From Pseudolabrys sp. (GTDB lineage: Bacteria; Pseudomonadota; Alphaproteobacteria; Rhizobiales; Xanthobacteraceae), in NCBI GenBank assembly GCA_037381985.1, contig JARRQH010000010.1, positions 53-64,052 of the forward strand: a stretch of 64,000 nucleotides of DNA, written 5' to 3'. Of this stretch, positions 57,191 to 64,000 are shown one piece after another (position 1 is the stretch's first letter; every line of letters begins with the position of its first letter). The notes under the pieces are model-generated. The model saw only the letters and a program-made list of their open reading frames with translations, was not told where the DNA came from and ran no database searches. The position numbers and the translations under genes were made by a program.

Positions 57191-57219
57191 TTGCCGTTTC
57201 GGCAAACGCCCATTATGGT
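57191..57219 (+). promoter_or_regulatory. Putative sigma70 promoter of tRNA-Ala
   Basis: TTGCCG-N17-TATGGT followed by a GC-rich discriminator. Confidence 0.6.
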
Positions 57220-57265
57220 GCCGCCGCCTTCACCCAAGAGGCGCCAAAAAGCGGCAGAGAGTTTC

Positions 57266-57340
<75 letters not shown>

Positions 57341-57341
<1 letters not shown>

Positions 57342-57425
57342 ACCTTCGCGCAGGGCCTAACCGCGTACGCGGCCCGCGAAGCGAGCGAAGGTTGCCCGTC
57401 GTAGCCCGCAGGGCGAAGACGGGCG
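57341..57425. repeat. Double-hairpin element abutting the tRNA 3' end
   Basis: AACCTTCGC...GCGAAGGTT then GCCCGTC-GTAGCCCGCAGGGCGAA-GACGGGC. Confidence 0.65.
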
Positions 57426-57429
57426 CTCA

Positions 57430-57549
57430 ATGAATTGCGTCTACGTCCTTCAAAGCAAAGACAGTGACCATTTCTATGTTGGCGTGACCGGTGAGTTGCC
57501 GGCACGCGTGGTCAAGCACAACGCCGGAGAAGGACCACGACGTGAGTGA
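57430..57549 (+). pseudogene. Truncated GIY-YIG nuclease
   Basis: Hand translation MNCVYVLQSKDSDHFYVGVTGELPARVVKHNAGEGPRRE*: VYVL, YVG, R..HN motifs; C-terminal half with the catalytic Glu absent. Confidence 0.75.
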
Positions 57550-58444
57550 CACCGCCGCAGGGTCGACCGCACGCGGCATGACACTCATGGTGCTGGCGAT
57601 GCTGGCAATCCCGGTCGTCGACGGGCTGGCGAAATACCTGAGCGCGAGCTACTCGCCGCTTTTCATCAGCTGGGCCCGCTACGCGGCGGCCACTCTCATC
57701 GTCCTGCCTGCGGCGGCCGCCATACATGGCCGGCGCCTGTTCCCGGAGCGGCGGCTCGGCACGCATGCCTGGCGGACGGCGTTCCTCGTCGGCGCCATGA
57801 CGCTCTATTTTCTCGCCATCGCCAGGATTCCCCTCGTCATGGCGACAAGTGCCTATCTCGTGGCGCCGGTTATCGCCGTCCTGCTGTCGATCCTGTTTCT
57901 CGGAGAACGCATGACGCGCCGCAAAGGCGCGGGACTTGCCCTCGGGATCGTCGGGTCACTCGTCATCCTCCAGCCGACGGGTACCTTCGATCCCGCCATC
58001 CTGCTGGCCTTCGGGGCGGGGCTTCTCTTCGCGCTCTACCTCGTCGCGACGCGTCTGGCCGCGCAAGACGGCGATCCGATGAAGACGCTCGCGCTTCAAT
58101 ACGTCATCGGGACGATCCTGCTCACGCCCCAGGCCATACTCACGGCGGAGCTTCCCGCCACGGATGCCTTGCTGTTTTTCTTGGGGCTCGGGTTGTTCTC
58201 CGCCTTGGGGCATTTCCTGACGATCGCCGCATTCAGACGGGCGGAAGCATCCACCCTGGCGCCGCTCACCTATGTCGAGCTCATCGGCGCGGCGATCGTC
58301 GGCTACGTTGCGTTCGCGGAAGTGCCGAACGCCGCAACCATCGCGGGGACTGGGCTTATCGTCGTCAGCGGCCTCATCCTGTCGACGAAGCGCCGAAGCC
58401 GGCGAGACGGTGCGGCGCGGCGCAATGCGCCCGGCGAAACCTAG
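57542..58444 (+). CDS. DMT/EamA family transporter
   Basis: About 10 TM segments, DGLAKYLS, FLGER, AEASTLAPLTY; GTG start after GAAGGA. Confidence 0.88.
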   Translation: MSDTAAGSTARGMTLMVLAMLAIPVVDGLAKYLSASYSPLFISWARYAAATLIVLPAAAAIHGRRLFPERRLGTHAWRTAFLVGAMTLYFLAIARIPLVMATSAYLVAPVIAVLLSILFLGERMTRRKGAGLALGIVGSLVILQPTGTFDPAILLAFGAGLLFALYLVATRLAAQDGDPMKTLALQYVIGTILLTPQAILTAELPATDALLFFLGLGLFSALGHFLTIAAFRRAEASTLAPLTYVELIGAAIVGYVAFAEVPNAATIAGTGLIVVSGLILSTKRRSRRDGAARRNAPGET

Positions 58445-58466
58445 CGTCGGCAGGCGGTGACCGCCG

Positions 58467-59669
58467 TCACCGCCGCCGCTTGTAATACTCGTTGGTCGCC
58501 AGTTCCTTGCTCGACCAGATCGGCTCGTTCTTGCCATTGCCCCAGGCGCGCGGACGGTAGAACAGGTGGATACCCTCGCGGGCGTAGCGGCGCATCTCGC
58601 GCACCCAGTACGGATGCACGTAGGTGGTGTGATAGTGCGTCGCCGTCCCCACCGCCCGCACATAGAGCTTGCCGTCCAGCGTCTTGCGGGCGATGCGCTC
58701 GGCGCGATACCAGGGCTGGCGCTCGGTGATGACGTCGGGCTTGCCATCGCACGCAAACGTAAACTGACACGCGAGGCGGCGGTGGGCGTTCTGGTAGACG
58801 ACGCCGCAGACGTCGCGCGGATAGATGCCGGAGAACACCCGGTTCATGATCACCTGCGCCACCGCCACCTGGCCGCGGTAGGGCTGGTTGCGCGCTTCGA
58901 AGTAGATCGCGCGGGCCAGGCATTTCTGGGCGCGCGCGCGCGACTTGCCGGTGAGGTTGAGGCGCTGAGCCGGCGACATCGGCGGCGCCGGACGCGGCAG
59001 CACGCGAATCACCGACGGCAGCGAGACCGGCGGCGGCGCAAGCGGCATGGCCGGCGGCAATTCGGTGGTGTTGAGGCTGGCAAGCTTGACCATGCCGGCG
59101 GTCGGCGACGCCGTCCCGGGCATCGCCGCATTCGCGGTCGTCGCGGCAAGAAGCGTCCGCGACGGCTGCACCGCCACGGGCGTCAGCGGCGCCTCGAACG
59201 CGACGTCTACCGCATCCTCGTAGGACGCGTTCGACAGCGCATCGACCGGCGACAGATCGCGCTCGAGCGCGGCGCGCATCTTGGCATTTTGCGACGGGAC
59301 GACGGACGGCGCGGTCTTGCTCGCCGATGCAGCGGGCAAAACATCGGCCTCGTGCGTCACGCGGACCGCGGGCGTCGCGGATGCAAACGCGATATTGCCG
59401 CGCGGGATCTCCGCGGTCGCGTAGGGCGACGATTCGGCGAAAGCGGTCTCGGTGAACCGCACGCGCAGCGCATGCGAAATATCGGCGACGCTGTAACTGT
59501 GAATGAACGCGGATGCGTTCGCGAGCGACTTCACCTTCATCAGGTCGAGCACGCTGAGCGTGAGCGCAGCGCCGGCGAAGACGACGCACGTGAACTTGGC
59601 CGCCCGAAGGACTTTCTCTTCGATGGTCAGCTCGAACGGGTCGTCGAGATAGATGCTTCGTCTCAGCAA
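58467..59669 (-). CDS. Cell wall hydrolase (Hydrolase_2/SleB family)
   Basis: CLARAIYFEAR, GQVAVAQVIMNRV, VCGVVYQN, CQFTFACDG, ATHYH, HLFY; start uncertain (TTG after GGGGAA). Confidence 0.85.
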   Translation of the reverse strand: MLRRSIYLDDPFELTIEEKVLRAAKFTCVVFAGAALTLSVLDLMKVKSLANASAFIHSYSVADISHALRVRFTETAFAESSPYATAEIPRGNIAFASATPAVRVTHEADVLPAASASKTAPSVVPSQNAKMRAALERDLSPVDALSNASYEDAVDVAFEAPLTPVAVQPSRTLLAATTANAAMPGTASPTAGMVKLASLNTTELPPAMPLAPPPVSLPSVIRVLPRPAPPMSPAQRLNLTGKSRARAQKCLARAIYFEARNQPYRGQVAVAQVIMNRVFSGIYPRDVCGVVYQNAHRRLACQFTFACDGKPDVITERQPWYRAERIARKTLDGKLYVRAVGTATHYHTTYVHPYWVREMRRYAREGIHLFYRPRAWGNGKNEPIWSSKELATNEYYKRRR

Positions 59670-59896
59670 CGCCAATTCCCCCGATATCGAAAGCCGGCTT
59701 ATGGTTTGCCGGTCGGGAGCGATGATAAACGGAGCGTTGCCGGTTGGATCTGATGTTAGGAGATTTTTAGCCAAACAAGGCAAACGCACGTGATTAATTT
59801 AACCATGCGCGCGGCCGAATTTACGATGTTTGTTAAGGCGGTTTCGTCCTGTCGCATTTCCGCACGGCAAACCGGCTGTTGACGGCGCCTGGCAAG

Positions 59897-60226
59897 TCAG
59901 CGCAGTCGATAACGCTCGACCGCGTCTTCGTCCCGCACCATGCCGTTGCCGGGCCGCTCGGGTGTCACGGCATGGCCGTCGACAATCGCCAAGCGCACCG
60001 CCCGCACCGCTGCGATGTTTTCGGCAAACGTCGGGTAGCCGAGCCGCAGCTTCACGGCGGTAAAGTTGCCCATGGCGAGCAGAGTGTCGGCCTCGGCAGC
60101 GAGCGCGCCCTGGCTGGTCCCCAGCACGAAATTGAGCGGCACCTCGACCGGGCGGGCCCAAACGGCCCGTACGGTAAGGTTTGGGAGGACAGTCTGATCC
60201 AGCATGGCAGGCCCCTTTGCGGGCAC
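59897..60226 (-). pseudogene. Internally collapsed mandelate racemase-family gene
   Basis: N-terminal ARPVEVPLNFVLGTS, barrel FTAVKLRLG..AAVRAVR and C-terminal IVDGHAVTPERPGNG..DEDAVERY joined in 109 aa. Confidence 0.75.
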
Positions 60227-60259
60227 TATAGCCGGCCTTACACCGATTTCTCCCGCGTT

Positions 60260-60288
60260 CTTGAACCCTTAACCGGCCTTGCCCATAT
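60260..60288 (+). promoter_or_regulatory. Putative RpoH (sigma32) promoter
   Basis: CTTGAA-N16-CCCATAT upstream of a small heat shock gene. Confidence 0.7.
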
Positions 60289-60295
60289 TAGACGC

Positions 60296-60380
60296 GGCCG
60301 GGCGGGCGGTTCCGTCCGGTATGAAGGGTGCCCTTCGGGACCCTATCAAAGTCGCTTCAAGCGAGGACTTTGAGGCCATG
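60296..60380 (+). ncRNA. ROSE-like RNA thermometer candidate
   Basis: Tandem hairpins; the last, AAAGTC(G)CT...AGGACTTT, pairs a UCGCU motif with AGGA. Confidence 0.5.
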
Positions 60381-60803
60381 TCACGAGTTCCGTCCCTGTC
60401 TAGCCCGTTTTTGTTGGGGTTCGACGAGATCGAGCGGGTCCTCGACCGCGTCACCAAGGGCGCCGACGGCTATCCGCCCTACAACATCGAACGGCTGGCC
60501 GACGACGGCCAGAACCCGGACCGGCTGCGCATCACGCTGGCGGTGGCGGGCTTTACCCGAGACCAGCTCGACGTGACCGTCGAGGAAAACCAGCTCGTGA
60601 TCCGCGGACGGCAGCAGGACGACAAATCCCGCCATTATCTCCACCGCGGCATAGCGGCCCGTCAGTTCCAGCGCACCTTCGTACTGGCGGACGGCATGGA
60701 GGTTGCTGGCGCAGACTTGAAGAATGGGCTGTTGTCGATCGACCTCACCCGGCCGCAGCCGGAGCGGATCGTGAAGACCATCGCAATCAACGACCAAGAA
60801 TGA
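60378..60803 (+). CDS. Hsp20/IbpA-family small heat shock protein
   Basis: LLGFD, GYPPYNIE, ITLAVAGF, YLHRGIAARQFQRTF.LA, LKNGLLSIDL. Confidence 0.95.
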   Translation: MSRVPSLSSPFLLGFDEIERVLDRVTKGADGYPPYNIERLADDGQNPDRLRITLAVAGFTRDQLDVTVEENQLVIRGRQQDDKSRHYLHRGIAARQFQRTFVLADGMEVAGADLKNGLLSIDLTRPQPERIVKTIAINDQE

Positions 60804-60857
60804 GAGCTCGATAACAGGACTCGACCGCGTCACGCATCCAGAAAGGAGTCGAGGGCC

Positions 60858-61157
60858 ATGACCAACGACATGAACAACAACAAGATCAACAGCAGCAACA
60901 TCGAACCCGGCGACGCCCATCCGGTCATCACGCAGGAAGCGCTGGCGCAGCTCGGCGACGGCGAGATCGCCTACGTGCGCGCGATCCGCTCCGAAGACGT
61001 CGCCAGCATGTTCCCGCAGGCCCCGCAGGTCGAGCCGGGTGTCCAGCTATTCTCGCTGCACGCCGCCGACGGCACGCCGATTATGCTGACCGACAGCCGC
61101 GAGGCCGCGGTCGCCAATGCCTGGAGCCAGGAGCTCGAGACCGTCAGCGTGCACTGA
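60858..61157 (+). CDS. DUF1150 family protein
   Basis: LGDGEIAYVR, LHAADGTPIML, VSVH C-terminus; follows hsp20. Confidence 0.85.
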   Translation: MTNDMNNNKINSSNIEPGDAHPVITQEALAQLGDGEIAYVRAIRSEDVASMFPQAPQVEPGVQLFSLHAADGTPIMLTDSREAAVANAWSQELETVSVH

Positions 61158-61189
61158 GGCGCGCGGCAGCCAGCTAAATCCAATTCGCT

Positions 61190-61337
61190 TGTCATCACCG
61201 GGCCGGTGCGAAAACGCCGTGACCCGGTGATCTCGCTTAGGAAGACACAAGACACTATGCGTTCCTAAGCGAGATGGCCGGGACATAGGCATTCTGGAAG
61301 AACGCCGTTCTCCGAACGGCTACGCCCGGCCATGACA
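61190..61337. repeat. CGTC-type palindromic repeat pair (family B)
   Basis: TGTCATCACCGGG...CCCGGTGATCTCGCTTAGGAA / TTCCTAAGCGAGATGGCCGGG...CCCGGCCATGACA. Confidence 0.82.
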
Positions 61338-61363
61338 ACGGAAATGCTCTTGGAAGGAAACCT

Positions 61364-61828
61364 TTACGCCGCGCTGCTTTCCGGCGGCATCGCCAGCACG
61401 GCATAGAGCGCGTCAGCGTCGTTCGATTCGCGCAGCTTGCGCTCGACCTCCGGGTCGCGCAGCAGGCGCGCCACGCGCGCCAGCGCCTTGAGATGGTCGG
61501 CGCCGGCGGCTTCGGGCGCCAGCAGCAGGAAGATCAGGTCGACCGGCTGGCCGTCGAGCGCCTCGAAATCGATCGGCCGCTCCAATCGCGCGAACAGGCC
61601 GAACAGGCGACCGAGCTTGGGCAGCTTGCCGTGCGGAATAGCGACGCCGTTACCCACTGCGGTGGAACCGAGCTTCTCTCGCTGAAGCAGGATCTCCAGG
61701 ATCGCCCGCTCGTTCTGTCCCGTAAGCGCAGCCGCGCGCGCGGCGAGCTCTTGGATCGCCTGCTTCTTGCCGTTGACCTTGAGCGCGGGAATAACCGCGT
61801 TGGGCCCGACGAGCTCGCTGAGCGTCAT
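61364..61828 (-). CDS. ptsN: PTS EIIA(Ntr)
   Basis: REKLGSTAVGNGVAIPH, DFEALDGQPVDL, HLKALA. Confidence 0.96.
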   Translation of the reverse strand: MTLSELVGPNAVIPALKVNGKKQAIQELAARAAALTGQNERAILEILLQREKLGSTAVGNGVAIPHGKLPKLGRLFGLFARLERPIDFEALDGQPVDLIFLLLAPEAAGADHLKALARVARLLRDPEVERKLRESNDADALYAVLAMPPESSAA

Positions 61829-61889
61829 GGACATGTCCAATGATCGGAAAAATCGGCGGCGCGGTGCAAGGGATGGTGAAGGCCGCGGA

Positions 61890-61918
61890 CCATAAGAGCG
61901 GTCCGCCGCCCCGTCAAT
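61890..61918 (-). promoter_or_regulatory. Putative sigma70 promoter of ptsN
   Basis: Minus strand TTGACG-N17-TATGGT. Confidence 0.6.
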
Positions 61919-61966
61919 GGTGTATGCCGTGCAGAACTTGCCGATTTTTCTTGCAGTTTTGAAACG

Positions 61967-62284
61967 TTAACGGCCCGTGCGCAGGGCCTGATGGTCCTTT
62001 CGACGCCGTTTGTAGCGGCGCAGGCGTTTTTCGATGCGTCCCGCCGCCTGATCGGCGCTGTCATAGGCGTCGAGCGCCTTTCCCTCGGCTTCGAGTAATG
62101 CACCGGAATCGAGATGTAATACACACTCAGTGCGGAATCCGAAGCCGTCGCGACCGACGACGGCGTGGCCGGAATAGCCACCTCTGAAGTATTTCGCGGT
62201 CGCGTCCTCGACCCGCTCGACGATGCGCTGCTGTAAAGCAGCGCCGACGCTGATATTCTTACCCGAAACACGCAAAGGCATCAT
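61967..62284 (-). CDS. hpf: Ribosome hibernation factor HPF/RaiA (N-terminal domain only)
   Basis: LRVSGKNISVG, DAYDS, RIEKRLRRYK.R.KDH; 105 aa; between rpoN and ptsN. Confidence 0.85.
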   Translation of the reverse strand: MMPLRVSGKNISVGAALQQRIVERVEDATAKYFRGGYSGHAVVGRDGFGFRTECVLHLDSGALLEAEGKALDAYDSADQAAGRIEKRLRRYKRRRKDHQALRTGR

Positions 62285-62410
62285 TGGCCTCCTTATGCTC
62301 ACGCGGTTCGAATCGCCGCGCGTTCTCCGCCCCGGCCCACAAGACACCAGCTTAAGAGTGTTGTGACAAACGTCAATGCGGCGCCGCGTGCGCGGCGCGG
62401 CGGCGCGGCT

Positions 62411-63964
62411 TCACGATGCCGCAGCCTGCTTCTCGCGCCGGCGCTGCACCGATGAGGGTATCCGCATGGCCTCGCGGTACTTTGCAACCGTGCGGCGCGC
62501 GATATCGATGCCGGCCGCGCGCAACTGGTCGACAATATTATCGTCGGACAGCACGCTGGACGCTGTTTCGCCGTCGATCAATTGGCGGATGCGGTGGCGC
62601 ACCGCTTCCGCCGAATGCGCCTCGCCGCCGGTGGCGGAGGCGATCGACGAGGTGAAGAAATACTTGAGTTCGAAAATGCCGCGGCTGGTCGCCATGTACT
62701 TGTTGGCGGTCACGCGCGACACGGTCGATTCGTGCATGCCGATGGCGTCGGCCACGGTCTTCAGATTGAGCGGACGCAGATATTGCACGCCTTGGGCAAA
62801 GAAGGCGTCCTGCTGGCGTACGATCTCGCTGGAGACCTTGAGGATGGTCTTGGCGCGCTGATCGAGCGCGCGCACCAGCCAGGTGGCAGTCTGCAGGCAG
62901 TCGGCGATATAGGTCTTGTCCTTGTTGCTCTTGGTGCCCTTCGCGATCTGCGCGTAGTAGCGCTGGTTGATCAGCACTTTTGGCAGCGTGTCGGAATTCA
63001 ACTCGACCAGCCAGGTGCCGTCGGGCGCGGCCCGCACGAACACGTCGGGCACGATCGGCTGCACCATGGTGGAGCCGAAGGCAGCGCCGGGCTTAGGATT
63101 GAGATTGCGGATCTCGGCGATCATGTCGACGAGGTCTTCGTCGTCGACGCCCGTGACGCGCCTGAGCGCGGCGAAGTCGCGCTTGGCCAGAAGGTCGAGA
63201 TGCGCGACCAGCGCCTCCATGGCCGGATCGAAGCGATCGCGCTCCATCAACTGCAGCGTCAGGCATTCGGTGAGGTTGCGCGCGCAGACGCCGGGCGGAT
63301 CGAAGGCCTGCAGGACGTTCAGCACCGCCTCGACGTCGGCGAGCGGCGCGCCGAGATTTTCCGCCACGCTTTCGAGGTCGCCAGCGAGATAGCCGGCCTC
63401 GTCCACCATGTCGATGAGGTATTGGCCGATCATGCGCTGGGCCGGATCGGTAACGGTCAGCGCCATCTGTTCGGCGAGATGATCGGCGAGCGTGGCCTCG
63501 GCCGAGACGAAAGCCTCCAGATTGTAATCGTCGCCGCCGCCGGCCCCGGTGCCGGACCATTCCGAATAGCTCGGCGGCGGCACCTCGGCGGGCGCGCTCT
63601 TCTCGCTGCCGTCGTCGGGAAAGACGTTCTCGAGCTCGGTGCCGAGCGATTGCTCCATGGAGCTGCGGCTGCTGTCGAAGTTCTCCTCGCCCATCCAGTC
63701 CGCGCTGGCGCCGCCGTCATCGCCCTCGCCGGCGTCACCGCTCTCGGAGGTCGAATCGGAGCCGGCCTCGTCGCGCTCGGCGTTGGACGGCCCGTCGTCA
63801 TCGTCGTTGCCGCGTTCGAGCAGCGGGTTCTTCTCGAGTTCGGTTTCGACATAGGCCACCAGATCGAGACTCGAGAGCTGCAGCAGCTTGATGGCTTGCA
63901 TCAGCTGCGGCGTCATCACCAGCGCTTGGGACTGGCGGAACTCGAGTCGTTGCGACAACGCCAT
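62411..63964 (-). CDS. rpoN: RNA polymerase sigma-54 factor
   Basis: MTPQLMQAIKLLQL, HESTVSR, RpoN box ARRTVAKYRE. Confidence 0.99.
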   Translation of the reverse strand: MALSQRLEFRQSQALVMTPQLMQAIKLLQLSSLDLVAYVETELEKNPLLERGNDDDDGPSNAERDEAGSDSTSESGDAGEGDDGGASADWMGEENFDSSRSSMEQSLGTELENVFPDDGSEKSAPAEVPPPSYSEWSGTGAGGGDDYNLEAFVSAEATLADHLAEQMALTVTDPAQRMIGQYLIDMVDEAGYLAGDLESVAENLGAPLADVEAVLNVLQAFDPPGVCARNLTECLTLQLMERDRFDPAMEALVAHLDLLAKRDFAALRRVTGVDDEDLVDMIAEIRNLNPKPGAAFGSTMVQPIVPDVFVRAAPDGTWLVELNSDTLPKVLINQRYYAQIAKGTKSNKDKTYIADCLQTATWLVRALDQRAKTILKVSSEIVRQQDAFFAQGVQYLRPLNLKTVADAIGMHESTVSRVTANKYMATSRGIFELKYFFTSSIASATGGEAHSAEAVRHRIRQLIDGETASSVLSDDNIVDQLRAAGIDIARRTVAKYREAMRIPSSVQRRREKQAAAS

Positions 63965-64000
63965 TGGGGCTTCCCGGCGGGGACTGGTCCGATTCTTGCT

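Overview
High-GC alphaproteobacterial chromosome segment (Hyphomicrobiales; gene order and repeats suggest Xanthobacteraceae/Nitrobacteraceae, an inference). It is mostly core genes: DUF2336 (partial), rimP-nusA-ylxR-infB-rbfA-truB-rpsO-pnp, oxyR/katG, fabA-fabB-fabI, irr, moeB, mutM-ech, ubiE-ubiB, coaBC-dut, Rrf2, divL, tsaE/amgK-murU-addB-addA-trxA, trpFBA-accD-folC, aroA-cmk-rpsA-sppA-ihfB-lapA, tRNA-Ala(GGC), hsp20-DUF1150 and rpoN-hpf-ptsN. Two candidate undescribed systems stand out. (1) CoaBC carries an N-terminal FitA-like ribbon-helix-helix domain, and its promoter is overlapped by three TGATTGC(A/G) half-sites, suggesting an autoregulatory CoA-biosynthesis 'trigger enzyme'. (2) A 1.5-kb ArsR-SRPBCC-ClpP cassette lies between two copies of a 31-bp terminator, and its SRPBCC protein ends in a hard-coded ssrA-tag mimic ([13 protein letters not shown]). 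The window also has many deletion or frameshift lesions (mutM, cmk, addB, a VOC/MarR pair, two enolase-superfamily remnants, a GIY-YIG stub, a short HPF), which could be genome erosion or assembly error. About a dozen CGTC-type palindromic repeats are present, some with compensatory stem changes. All calls come from reading the sequence; no searches were run.
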